Below are positions 1 through 12,670 of a stretch of DNA of 64,000 bases, one piece after another. Origin of the DNA: Octopus bimaculoides (lineage: Eukaryota). Position 1 is the stretch's first letter. Each line of letters opens with the position of its first letter. Position numbers and translations under genes: made by a program. The notes beneath the pieces were generated by a model. The model saw only the letters and a program-made list of their open reading frames with translations, was not told the DNA's origin and ran no database searches. Where the stretch lies: the NCBI RefSeq assembly GCF_001194135.2, contig NC_068982.1:163357755-163421754 (forward strand), written 5' to 3'.

Positions 1-229
1 TTTGTCAGTTACTATAGTGTGTACTGGGAGCAATTTTTGTGAAGTAAGTATTAGAGAGCCTGTCTCAAGAGATTATCATTCTTGAGGGAGTATGATTTAT
101 CAGCTTTCCATTGTGGCACCAGTAAGTAGGAGGGAGTGCTTTATACACAAAAAAAAAAAATGAACACAGAGTATTCAGTGAGGTAAGACATGTAGACCAA
201 GAAGGGGGAATAGGGAGAGTGAAGCCAAC

Positions 230-520
230 ACTGAAGCCAGAATTAAGTAAGGGAAAAGGTGCAGGGGAATTATTTGCTCAGGTGGCTTAGGGGACCAAGA
301 TGGTTGGGTGGGAGAAAGAAGTAGTAGCATGATTTAAGCAGCAAAGTTATTTGGGGTGGAGTTATGTAGAGAGTCATTGACAACAGCAGAGGTAGACAAA
401 GGCAACGGTGAGTGACAGAATAAGAGTAGGTGATAGGTGGCAATAGAAGTGGTCCTGGGGCAGTGGAAATGGGGTAGTCCAATGCGGTCTCTAGTAACAG
501 GTCTAGTAAAAGAAGCTGTC
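230..520 (-). mobile_element. Degenerate LINE 3' region (CR1/Jockey-like relic)
   Basis: Pyrimidine-rich minus strand. The peptide ...VTHRCLCLPLL... loosely resembles the LINE C-terminal 'L.HRR.V..L..FY' region. Highly decayed. Confidence 0.25.
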
Positions 521-548
521 AATTACTTCAAATGAACTTGCCAGGTGT

Positions 549-771
549 TTAACCCTGTTGATACCAACCTGCCTGTGACTACTCATGTTCTGACACAAAC
601 TTACTGTTTTGAAGTGATCTAAATTAAAATCTTCCATCAAAATTGTATGGTACTTGTTCCAGATCCCAGCTCAATAATGAGAAAGTTATTTTACTAAGTT
701 CTTCATTATCTTAAAAACTGATTGAAACAAACACAGCATATATCAACAGAAATATGGTAACAAAAGGGTGA
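549..771. mobile_element. piggyBac-type TTAA MITE (family also at 30361)
   Basis: Starts ttaa-ccctgttgatacca and ends tggtaacaaaaggg. Co-linear with 30361-30576. Confidence 0.7.
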
Positions 772-849
772 TGAGGGAAAATTTCCAGTGTGCTCTTAGT
801 GTGTATTGCTCCAATCTGTCACATATATAGAATATATACGTGTGTGTGA

Positions 850-1050
850 GTGTGCATGCATGTGTCTTACTGCTTGAGAAGTGGTGTTGGTTTACACCTA
901 CAACACTTATCAGTTTGGAAAAACAATAACAGAATAAACATCAGACTTGAAAGTAGGTACTGGGGTTGATTTGATCAACAAAACCCTCTAAGGCAGATCC
1001 CAGCATGACTGCAGTTCATTGACTGAAAATCTAAAGAAATAAAAGAATAT
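850..1050 (+). mobile_element. tRNA-SINE family B, 3' half
   Basis: (TG)n followed by ...gtactggggttgatttgatcaac...cccagcatgactgcag...gactgaaa...aaataaaagaat. Matches the reverse-oriented copy at 57072. Confidence 0.6.
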
Positions 1051-1074
1051 AATCTGTACCAAAGTTATATCTAT

Positions 1075-1405
1075 TGTTGTTGTTTACATTAGGTCAGACC
1101 AATGAGGAAAAATGTTCCAGTTATGACCGTCTTATCAAAAGTCTTCTTCCTTGTTGTTATTTAGTCCAATTCAATTTTAACTGAGCAGGCTTATCATGGA
1201 GTTGAAGGATGATCTTGCTGTAATCCACTGCATCTTCTTCTCAGGCATAGTGTTTACTAGACTACATTATCCAATGTAGCCTTCCTTTTCATATGTAAGT
1301 TGATTTGAAGGAGATTTGTTTGCTATTTCTAACAGGGTGGGATGTACTTTGAGGAAATCTGGTTGCTGTTTCTAGCAGGTCAAACAGCCACATAAAGGCT
1401 CTCAC
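1075..1405 (-). mobile_element. Abundant interspersed repeat (SINE-like family C), two adjacent pieces
   Basis: Motif gtgatttgaaggagattt.gctgctatttctagcagg recurs at ~8350, 10380, 19540, 21150, 47460, 52610, 59850 and 60190. Confidence 0.55.
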
Positions 1406-2189
1406 ATTGGCTTGAGTAAAGTTATCTTTATTTCAAAAAGTTGTAGAATGGCAGAAATGACAGAAGAGTAACAGACTAAATGCCACATGATTGGTTATTA
1501 CAACTCTTTACATTGTAAGCTGAAAATCTCACTGGGATAAAACAAAAAGCAAGCATATACGTGTGTGTGTGCGTGTGCGTGCGCACGTGTGTGTGTGTAG
1601 ACGGACATTGATTAAATTTAGTATACCCCTATTTCCATACAATTCTGTGGCTAAGTGCCAAAGATAACAACAATTATTATTATTGTTTATGTAAAAAAAA
1701 ACCCAAAAAACAAAACAATGCGACAAAATTTGGTGGAAGTGTTACAAAATTTTTTCATTTGAAAAAACAAGAAAAATATGAAATTGTTGACTGGAGATTA
1801 ATTTGTTAATGTTATTGTTTAGAAGTTTTGTTTAGCTCTGAGCAGACCTAAAGGACTGCCATACCATCCATCCCAGAACAATGTCAGATTACTGAAGAGG
1901 AAGATAAAACAAAAATATAAAAAAAACAAAACAGCAATACTAAATGGATGTTTTCATATTTCATAAATGTTTAGCTAACAAAACAACAATTGGAATTTTT
2001 TATTAGTCATATGACAGCTAACACCAGCCGTTACAATGATTTTTTTATATCCTCTAACACCCCAACTAAAAAATAAACAGCTACCATTAGAGAAGCTTTG
2101 AAAGAATGGAATGAGCTTACACATCAGAAATGTGGCATTAGCAACTCCAAAGGCCTAGTTTACAATATGGACACAAAGATCCAGATTTG

Positions 2190-2755
2190 TTTCTTAAGGG
2201 GGTTACTTAATCATTAAGCTCAGTATCTGATTAGTACTTACTTTATTGACCTAGGAAGGATGAAGAGCAAAGTTAGTCATCAGTTAGATTTGAACTCAGA
2301 AAGTAAAGAATCGTAAGTTTTTTATTCCAGTCCAACATGCTACCAGTTCTGCCCTCCACTATAAACATTGATGATGATGATTGAAATTGAAAAAAAATCT
2401 GGCATCTCATGGCAGTTACAAAACTAGTAATTGTAGGAGCACTAGGAATGATCTAAAAAAGGAACTGGAAATTATTTAGAATAATTCCTGGCAAACTATC
2501 CCTATAAGAAGTGCAAAAGTTTGTTTACCTGTGATACACATATTGAGAAGTGCACTGTCGCTGTGAGAATGATAACCTTCAGTGTAAATATTTTGTTCTT
2601 TTTTCTTTACATAACTTTATTTGATTTTGCAAATGAACAATCTGGTGTGTTTATTTTAATGGCCTATCAATGTATACAGTAATTTTTTTTTGCCCTAGGT
2701 GTCAAGAAGACATTCAGCAAGAAATGGAAACAAAGTTGAAGGAAGAAGAAAAACT

Positions 2756-2794
<39 letters not shown>

Positions 2795-3460
2795 AATCCT
2801 TTCTCCTATAGGCACAAGGCATGAAATTTTAGGGGTGCAGGTTAGCTGATTGCATTGACCCCAGTTTCTACTGGTACTTATTTTATCAACCTCAAAAGGA
2901 CGAAAGCAAAGTTAACATTGGTGGAATTTGAACTCAATGTAAAGCTGGACAAAATACTGCTAAGCATTTTGTCCTGTGTGCTAACAATTCTGCCAGCTCA
3001 CCACCTTAATAATAGTAATAATAATCCATTCTACTTTAGGTACAAGGCCTGAAATTTTTGGAGAGGAGACTAGTTGATTACATCAACCCCAGTGTTTCAC
3101 TGATACTTAATTTATCAACCTTGAAAAAATGAAAGGCAAAGTTGACCACAGCAGAATTTGAACTCAGAAAATAAAAACAGACGAAATGCCGCTAAGCATT
3201 TTGCCTAGCATGTTAACGATTCTGTCATCTCACTGTCTTTAATAACAGTAATAATAATAACAACAACAGTAATGATCTCTAATTTAAGCACAGGGCCAGC
3301 AGTTTTGAGGTCAGTTACATGGACCCTAGTTCTTGATTTGTACTTTATTTTATAGAGTGAATGACAAAGTTGATCTCAAGACTGGCACTTAGAATATTAA
3401 GAGATGTGACTAAATTTCACATGAAAATTTTACTGACAACCTACCAATTCTGCAACTGAC
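2190..3460 (-). mobile_element. Cluster of four co-oriented SINE family A copies (2190-2355, 2793-3007, 3020-3240, 3270-3460)
   Basis: Each is the reverse complement of the 50841 copy, with B-box-like ctgagttcaaat and core tttgcctttcatcctt...gataaa..agtaccag. Confidence 0.75.
2380..2566 (+). pseudogene. 3' end of RLE-type non-LTR retrotransposon (R4/Dong/NeSL-like), degenerate
   Basis: Translates to IEIEKIWHLMAVTKLVIVGALGMI.K...IPGKLSL.EVQK...HILRSALSL*. Putative 3' UTR at ~2690-2756 and (CAA)n tail at 2757-2792. Confidence 0.65.
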
Positions 3461-3516
3461 ATCCATCATTGCTAATAATAAGTAAATAATGCTAAATGAA
3501 CAAACAAATCTAGTGA

Positions 3517-3762
3517 AAAGTAAAGTAAAGTTTCTTCTCAAGTCATAGAGACTCATGAGGGCCGGTTTCCATGGTGTATATTATGTTCACCACCTGGATG
3601 AGACGCCAGTCCATTACTCATTTTTGTTAGCTGAGTGGACTGGAGCAACACGATATGAAGTGTTTTGCTCAAAAACACAACACACTCCCCAGTCTAGGAA
3701 TTGAAACCACAATCTTACAATCATGAGTCCAACAACCTAACCACTATGCCATGCACCTCCAC
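3517..3762 (-). mobile_element. tRNA-derived SINE (family D, Deu/Nin-like core)
   Basis: Minus strand has a tRNA-like head (ggtttcaattcc B-box), core gtgtttttgagcaaaacactt...ctccagtccactcagct and an (ACTTT)n tail. Related copy at 57295-57455. The superfamily name is from memory. Confidence 0.6.
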
Positions 3763-3781
3763 AACATTATACTGAAAGGAA

Positions 3782-3819
<38 letters not shown>

Positions 3820-4502
3820 CATCATCAGCGGACGTTAAACGACGACGACGATGATGATGATATATATATATGTGTGTGTGTGTGTGTATAGTTAATTAAA
3901 AAAAAGGAAGAAAAACACAAGAAAAAACAACAATGCAACAATGTGGTACATGCAAAGTATTAATAGACACTCAGGGAAGGAAAGAAAGGTAGTTTTACGT
4001 TTCAAGCAAAGCTCTTCTTCAGAAACAGGAGACAGCGGAAAGTCCAAGAGAAAAGGAAGATAAAGGAAAAAAATTGGCAACAATCTACATGTAGCTACAT
4101 TTTGAAATGACCCGTATTTACACATACATACACACACAGTGACTGCATTTAGAATATAGAAAAAATTATATTTCCTATGAATACAGTGAAAGTGGGGCTT
4201 TGAGCAACTATAAAATAACCAGTGTGGGATTACAAAAATATCTAGTAAAGAATAATAGAAAAACTAATACAAATAGCTACAAAATGTGTACAAATACAAA
4301 ACCTTGCTTTCTGTCTGTAAGGAAGCCAACAAATTCAAAACAGGCTTCTTGTTGCTTCAAGTAACCTTTTGGTCAAGTTGTTTATGTCCCTCGACTAGTA
4401 GTCTGTGACCAGACTTTAGTTTAGTCTTGGTCTTTTACTAAAGCCCTGGACCAGGGAATACCTTGAAAGTGAATTTGGTGAATGGAATCTGAAGGAAGTC
4501 CA

Positions 4503-4550
<48 letters not shown>

Positions 4551-5186
4551 ATGATGATGACCGACAATTTCACTTGAGTGAAACAGTGAATTGAATAGTT
4601 CCTTGCTGATATGAGTAGAAAAATGTCCCTTTCTTGAAAAATAAGTTAAGTATTGGTGGTAGAATGTATCACCAACCAATCCATTAAATGAACAAACAAT
4701 TATTTTACAATAAATTACTATTAATGCACACATACTTTAATTAATATTAAATAATCTGAATGCCATTTATGTAGTCATAGTTAAATGTTTTAATGTTGGC
4801 TTAATTATGAAATATTCTATAACTTATCGGAGCATTTGCATTTTTATGATAGCTCAGCATGGCCAGAAACCTGTACATGCAGATATAAGATGTCCAGTAT
4901 GTAGGCTTGTGTTGAATTTATTTATTCAAAACTATGTTTAATTTTTGGCCATCTCATATTTTACTGAGTGTAAGCTGCTGTCAACAGATTTAGGGCTTTC
5001 AAAAGGTATTCCCCACTTTTTTTTTTTATTTATATCAGATCAATAAGAAATGTCTTGGAGGTTTGACTGATGCATTGATTATGTTGAATAAATATGTAAA
5101 AAAAAAAAAAGAAAAAAAATCTCTGTTACTGTTTATCAGAGGACAATGGTTTGTTTTTGTATTTTTTTTTTTCATCACTTTCCAAG

Positions 5187-5258
5187 TTTATAGACTTTCA
5201 AAAGTCTTGCTCTTTGAATGGGGCAATGTTACTGAAGCTTTGATCAATCCTCCATATG
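5187..5258 (+). CDS. Candidate 72-nt coding exon, phase 1-1 (xYRLSKVLLFEWGNVTEALINPPYx)
   Basis: Long T-tract then ttccaag| acceptor, ATG|gtaagt donor, open frame, length divisible by 3. Protein not recognised. Confidence 0.45.
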
Positions 5259-5937
5259 GTAAGTTCTATTGATTTTTTAGTCACTTCAATTGAAATGACA
5301 AATGAAGCCAGAGTTCAAACTACATTGAAAAAAACCCAAAAAAACACATGGCTTGATGCTCCTGCTACAACAACAACAACTATAACAATAACAACAACAA
5401 CTATAACAATAACAACAACAACCACAACTACAATGACTTTTGTTGTAGAAAGTGTACAGCTTTTAAATACAGCCTATGAGCTGATGTTGATATTGACTGT
5501 TCTAATAAGTGATAACTGTTACCATACTGCTGGTGGCAGCTCTAGTTGGAGTGATGCCATATGGGCAAGACCACCTAATTTGTGTATCACCATCATCATC
5601 ATCATTCTCATTTAGATTTTATAACAATGATATGAGATTTGTAATAAAAATCAATAGTATGATGAACTAATATTTATGTTTGTCAGGATTTTGCATTCGC
5701 TAAGTCCTTAACTGTATAAATACAGATGATTAAATAAATTATGATTTTTCTTTTTTACTTGAGAAGAGCAAAGTCAGTCCTGACTCTTGATGTTATTTTC
5801 TTGACCCAAATAAAAGATGAAAGGAAAAGCTGAGCCTTGTAAGACAGAACACAGAATGTAGAGAAAAGAATGAAGACATATTATTATTACGGTTAAGCCT
5901 TTGGCCCAGTGCATCACTATTTCACCAACTCTCCACC

Positions 5938-5938
5938 T

Positions 5939-5993
<55 letters not shown>

Positions 5994-6002
5994 GCTGCTG
6001 CT
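5938..6002. repeat. (ACT)n/(GCT)n microsatellite
   Basis: Seen directly. Confidence 0.95.
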
Positions 6003-7214
6003 GTTGGTACTCTTATAACCCATTGAGTCATAGTAGCAACAGTGAATCCTTCACCAATTCTTGTTGGTTCACATATTATGTGTGAACCAATGAGGGGATC
6101 TCTATGTGACCATAGAAACAGCAGCCTAATTCCTTCATATTAAACCTTGTCATCTTCAAAGTGGAAACATAGGACTGTGAAGTCATAGATATACAAAAAC
6201 ACGAGATGGTCATAGTTGGGATACATTTGATCATAGGTTTGCTCAATTGAAACTGAGCCAGAACCCAACAATAGCAATAACATCCAGCCGCAAAAATACA
6301 CATTCCAACTATTTACAGGTAGATATTTTAAGTTATGAGAGACACAGCTCATTCATACAAGTCTGGAGTTAAAAAAAAAAAATCCATTAAAATAAGTGAA
6401 CAAAAAAGAACATCAAAAAATTAAAATAAGAATATAATTTTAAGAGAAGCAGGTGAAGAATTTTTAGATGATTTGAGTTTTTTTGTTCATTGAATCAGCA
6501 ATAAATGAAATGGATTTTGGACATTAGAATTTTCTGTTTCAGGTAGCTCACAGATATTGTCAAAGTTTGTCTAGGAGTATGCGATAAATCTATGAGTGAT
6601 ATATCATGTGATATATCTCTCTCTCTAAGAAGCCATACTAGAGGATTTATCACTTCAGACGACTAAACAAATATCTTGGTGAAACCTTATAAAATAGCAA
6701 ACATTGGAAATAAGAAAAGAAGCCAAATATTCTGTTTATTGGAGTCGATTTCACTGAGAATCAATTTCTCAGCATTAACTCCACCCACACCAGCATTTGA
6801 TATTAATTTTAAAAAGCCATATCTTCAGGAAAGATTTGATTACGAGGAATTATAACCCCATTTAAATGTGATGAAGTCCAGTATAATTTTTGATAATTTT
6901 GCTTCAGAATTTTCTTTGTTATAAATGAATGAAAGGAAAAGGGGATGAGAATGATGTAATTCACGGTCAATTTGAACATAATCTATGAGTTGATCTCTGC
7001 ACAGGTACAAAAAAAGAAAAAAAGGAAAAACAAAATAAAATGTTAGAGAGAAAATTTCAGAGAATGACTTTCAAAGGGAAAGAATTGGGTAGCGGTAAGA
7101 TCTGAGAGAAGATAATAGTTTTTATTTAGTTTATTTTTTTACCATTTAGTTAGAAATGGAAGGACAGCACTCATAACTCTTTATTTCTGGTTGTAAGAGA
7201 GAGGAAATTATCTT

Positions 7215-7710
7215 CAGACTGGAGATCTGACTGGAATTCTTGCAACAGAGTAAATTCCAATAAAAGCATCTGATGACCAGGTGGTGGTGTTACACCAGGC
7301 AACATGAAATATGCATTGGGTTAGTTTGGGTAGAGAAGGAATGCAGCTATCTGGTTGAGAGGTGCAGAGGATGTGACAAAATAAGGTGGAGAGAAGAAAA
7401 AGCATGTCAGTGAGCCATTAGCTGTAACATAATGGATGGCAAATCTTCATCAATAAGGTAGATTTTATTTGTTCTTGTAAGACCAGCAGAGATTACATAG
7501 TACCCAAAAGAATTAAATTCCAGTAATTAAAACATTTTATTGGGCAAAATATATTATATTAATGCTACTTCTCCATTTTTGGACTAATGGATATATGTCA
7601 GTTAGTTTGCTGAAGTGTTGAGTAGAACACTGGCTCAGTTTGGGCTACCTGCTGTCATCCACAGACGGGGTATATTTCCATTGGATCTACTTCAGGAATT
7701 CTGCAGTGTT
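7215..7710 (+). pseudogene. Possible decayed LTR-retrotransposon integrase
   Basis: YLVERCRGCDKIR (CxxC), KVDFI and LAQFGLPAVIH..G...LLQEFC occur in integrase order across frameshifts. Confidence 0.3.
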
Positions 7711-7720
7711 AGTTGAGATA

Positions 7721-7920
7721 ATAATTTTTTAAGTAATGAGAAGATGAATTTGGTATTAATCTTTATTTTGTACAACAGTCGTTTCAACCCATCCTGCTAC
7801 ATTTGATACAACACATGTTGAAAAGAGTCCTACTCATTAGGGACAGAAGCAGGATGGGTCGAAATGACGGTTGTACAAAATAAAGATTAATACCAAATCC
7901 ATCTTCATGTTACTTAAGAA

Positions 7921-7925
<5 letters not shown>
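7721..7925. repeat. Fold-back inverted repeat, ~78-bp arms, ~50-bp spacer
   Basis: gaagatgaatttggtattaatctttattttgtacaacagtcgtttcaacccatcctgct matches the reverse complement of 7848-7906 with few mismatches. Confidence 0.9.
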
Positions 7926-7964
<39 letters not shown>

Positions 7965-8005
7965 CATTATTATTATTATTATCATTATTATTATTATTAT
8001 CATTA
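7921..8005. repeat. (TTA)n microsatellite
   Basis: Seen directly. Confidence 0.95.
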
Positions 8006-9254
8006 TTATATATATATATATATACAGTAGTTACAAAATTAACTAGTATTAATATTCACATATATATATGCATAATATCAGCATGAATATATGACATTTC
8101 GTCAGAAAATTATTGGTATTGTTAAATATAAGATATAATGAACAAAGAAGTCGCACATAATTATCTCACATTTTCTCTATCTGTACTGTACAAAATCATA
8201 AATTAATACATAATTATCTGCAGACAGCTTGTGTTTGTTATTGTTTACCTAAGTCAACTCTGATTGGGAATATCTATGATCAAAAATGTTTTAACTGTTA
8301 TCACTGCAGTTCAATATATCTAGGACTACTTTGTCCAATATGTCCTTTAAGATGTTAGGATGCGATTTGAAAGAATTTGGCTGCCTTTTTCTAGCAAGTC
8401 AAGCAACCATGTGGGACTCTCATTGGCTTGGCCAGAAGCTAGTAAGTTAATCTAGTGACTCTTGGACTTTCAAGCTTTCTTACATTTTTTTTTTTGGTAT
8501 TTAAAAAAAAGATATAGGAACATAAGTCTTTTGGGAACTGATGATATATTTATTTGTATCTGATTTCAGACTTAACTTTACAGTAATGAACTTTGTCATC
8601 TACATCTATATATCTATTTATCATAGATTTGTTATACATTGGAACATACGTGTAGCTATACACTTGAGCATATGTGTAGCTTTCTTTGATGTGTGAGCAC
8701 ATGTGATGATGATGATGATCATGTGTGGCTTGATTAATCACCTCAGCACCTGTATGGCTTACTTTGACAAACACCAGCTTCGTTCCATCAATGTAACTAA
8801 CAGATGTTCTTTTTTATCCTCTGTATGGATGATACTCAAAGCAACTCAACATTAACAAAGGTTAGACTGCAACTCCATGAATAAATACATAACCTACTAT
8901 AGAACCAAGTGTGGAAATAAAATAGTTCCTAAGGATTGATAAATTGAAGTTATTAGGAACAATTCTAAATGCAAAAGGGATTAGGTTTATACATCACTAA
9001 ATTTAAGACACATGCACACAGAAATATATATTGTATCTTAGTTGCCAAAAGCAATCAATGTGTGATGGATTAAACAACATATCTACTTACAAAACACTTT
9101 TAACAAAAGACAACAAGCACATCAAGAAAAAAATAAAGATAGAAAAGAAGTTAGATGTTTAGAAGTATGTGTAACTAAACTGGTATCTTGAAATTTAAAT
9201 CACCTTGCTGTCTATGTCTCTCTCTCTCTGTCTCTCTGTCTGTCTCTGTTTCTC

Positions 9255-9287
<33 letters not shown>

Positions 9288-10501
9288 GTCTCTCTCTCCC
9301 CCAACATACCAAAGCTCATACTACACAATCTTTCTCAGGACTGCATCCTTTTAGAACAAACATCCTGCAAATTAATCTATGCCTGACATGAAGCTCACTA
9401 ATGGATTTTCTTCTCTATATTCTCCAATGAACCTGTTAAAATCTATGCCAACTACACTCTCAAACAACAATCGAGTTTACTTTGCTTACCACCATGGAAG
9501 ATACAACCTGTGTCTTTTTTGCTGTTATCTTTCTTCCTCATTTATATCTATTTATTAATAAATTTGTTGTATTTATAAATGTCTGAGCACATGCATAGCT
9601 TTCTTTGATGTATGAGCATACATGCAATGATGATGATGATGATGATGATGTACAGATTGATTAATGATCTGAGCATGTGTGGTTTACACTGATAAGTACC
9701 TACCTGATTACACCAATGTTATCTGTTTTTCTATATTGTTCCCTATACCCACATTGGAGAAACATAACTTCTTTTACTGATGGGAAGGAAATTCAATAAG
9801 GAAAATATGCAATCTGATTAAATCTATGATAGGGCAAGAATTGTTCCTTCCAGCACAAGATGATTCTTCATGCTAAAACCTTTCTAGAAAAACATACTAC
9901 GCTGATATAACACTGATAAATGAGAGATATCTCTTTATACTCTAATATAACTTTTCTAGTTACACACCGCAGAATAAATACACTTAGTTCTGTCTTCTAG
10001 TGACTGATGACAGGAAGGACATCTATAGTCATAAGATCCCAACCAAATCAAGCATTAATGCAGAACATCAAGACTAGTACACACATGCATGCACACACAC
10101 ACACAGAGTCAAGAAGTATGGTGTTACATTGTACTGCAAACCCAGCCAAATTATGCCAGCATGAAAAATCAGATTAAAAAAAAAAATGATGATAATGATG
10201 ATAACAATGATGATGATGATGTTGAAGAAGAGATAATAGAGGTCTTTGTTCTTGTTCTGATCATATACATTTACCATCAAAGCTACTCCAGTAATGATCA
10301 TCCAGTCTTTTTTTCAGACATATTGCATCCAGTACTACACTAACCTCTATATCTTTCCTCTCTTAAAACAGTAAGGTGTGATTGATGGCTGATTTGGCTG
10401 CTATTTTTGGTAGGTTGAGTCAACTAAATGGAGGTTCTCCCATGGGTGTAAGGATAGGATATATATATATATATATATATATATATNNNNNNNNNNATAC
10501 A

Positions 10502-10534
<33 letters not shown>

Positions 10535-12526
10535 TGTGGAGGAAGTAGAACAATACCAATAACAAAATAGATCTCAATTGTACTGATATCCAGTCTGTAC
10601 CCCAGCATGGCATAGGTTATATGATGAAGTGAATACTGGATGATACCAAAACAACTTGGCCTTTAGTATAGTGGTGAAAAGGACAACCCCACAACAGCCA
10701 TTCACCACTCACTCAGATATTTCTCTATCATAGATCTGAATAAGTAGAAATGACCGAGATATTTTATAATCACTTAAATTTATAATTACAACTTTTAATT
10801 CCTTTACCCTCCTCTACTCTGTTTCATCCCAATACCAAACAGAACAACACATCATCGAGTACTTTTCCTATTTTATTCCTTCACTTAGTAAACAACAGCA
10901 ATTACAATTAAACAATAACTTCAGCCAACCATTACAAAGTCTAAAGTTATGAAGGACAAAGAAACGAAAAAGATCTGTGGACACAGTCTCTTCCTTCCTC
11001 CTCTTACCACTGCTGCCACCGCCACCACCACCACCACGAATGTGAATGCATACAACTATGAAGTACTTAGTTGCACCCGCATGTCCACACACACACACAC
11101 ACACATACACACTCTTATAGAGTTTTGGTGCAAACCTAGAATATAAATAAAAAAATTATTGACAGAAAAGAAGCTTGCCCATTCATAATAATAATGGCAA
11201 TTATCATCATCATAATTATCATAAATATCAGAAACACGAACACAATATGGCAAGGTGCCGAAATCTGTTATTGCATGCTAACTACAGGGGTTTGTTTGCT
11301 CATTGCTAAACGGAAATAAAAGAGATGCTTCATTGATGTACTGAATTGTTACATGCTATTCACAACTGAGTAAGTGGGAAAAATCATAGACCAAGAACAA
11401 TAGCCCCACCCATACACCCCATCCATGTCAGATTGTACTAAGAAGTATAAAAAGTTTAGGAGAAATTATTTAATTAACATGAATTCCACATGTAAAAGAG
11501 AACTTAGAGGAAAGAATATACACAATTATTAATAAGTTTTCTTTTTGAATGACGCAGGGTAAAGAAGTAGACTTTTTGTCTGAAATTGCCAAAGGTTTTG
11601 AAGTAAAAGACAAACCATTTAATCATAAATATAAGAAACAAGTTTGGAGAATCAAAGGATAAAAATGAAGCTACTTGGCATATAATAGTACTTTTGCAGT
11701 AAGAATGGCTTTCTGATTAGAAGCCTATTGTGAATGGTTTTATAGCAGGTTAAAAGGCAGAATGTATGTTATGGCAATAAAATATTGGATACAAATAGTT
11801 GTTAACAGCAATCACTGATTCTGAAGCTGGCTGGTAGGATAGTAGAAGTAACTTCAGAAGATGTTTTCTTCAGTACTCAAAGACAGCAGTAAAACGCCAT
11901 CACAATTATAAAGCTTATAAGACTGAATAAAAACTACAAGTGATATATAACAGTTCGTACATTCATTTAATGTCTTTAGAGAAGAAAGGACAATACCCAT
12001 GACCCGTTGCAGGGCTTTCAAGTATGATAGGAGTAAATGCAGAGTAAGTTGTCCTTTGACAAGATATCTGACTTGAATGCTTGAACACAATGAATTCCAT
12101 GAGAGCTCAAGGGTTGGTGTTAAACCAGGCAACACATTTAAATCTTCTATCTAAATTGGATTAAAAAAAAACAACAGCACTTGAGGGAGCCTTTGTTGCC
12201 ATGTGACATGGAAAAAATTGCAGCCAAGTCTCTCAAATCACACTCTATGTCGAAAACTATTCAGGAAAAAATACAGGTTGATCACAGCTGTAAAAGCTTT
12301 TTATTATAGCTAGCTCATTCAGATCCCACTCAAGGATAAGCAACTTAAATTACCCTAAACAAAGTCTCCCTTGCCCCCAAATATATCAGTTAACATAATC
12401 TAAATGTAGATCAAGAATTGAATTAGACTAAATGCATGTTGCTACCAATAGGGAGATTAAAACACAACATTAAATTAAAGAATAATTATTATAGACCTAT
12501 AAGAATAAAACTAAATATAAAATCAC

Positions 12527-12670
12527 TAACAATATATAACAGCTAAATTTAACTGAATGAAAACTAGCAACAATATATAACAGTTGAATTAAACTTAATG
12601 AAAGCCAGCAACAATATATAACAGATGAATTAAACTGAACAATGACCAGCAACACTATATAACAGTTAAA
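12527..12670. repeat. 41-bp minisatellite, ~3.5 copies
   Basis: ca(a/c)tatataacag at 12530, 12571, 12612 and 12653. Confidence 0.85.

Noticed and set aside
2699-2760. Apparent acceptor plus CQEDIQQEMETKLKEEEK exon
   Set aside because: It lies where the 3' UTR of the upstream RLE-LINE relic is expected, runs into a (CAA)n tail and has no donor.
5240-5258. NPPY as an N6-adenine methyltransferase motif IV
   Set aside because: The motif is too short, the preceding strand does not match the D-x4-NPPY pattern well, and no motif I is seen.
7800-7870. Hammerhead-like CTAATGA...ACATGTGT in the spacer of the 7721 inverted repeat
   Set aside because: There is no GAAA after the putative stem II.
11290-11375. 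Good acceptor and gtaagt donor pair
   Set aside because: All three frames contain stops. It could only be non-coding, and nothing else supports it.
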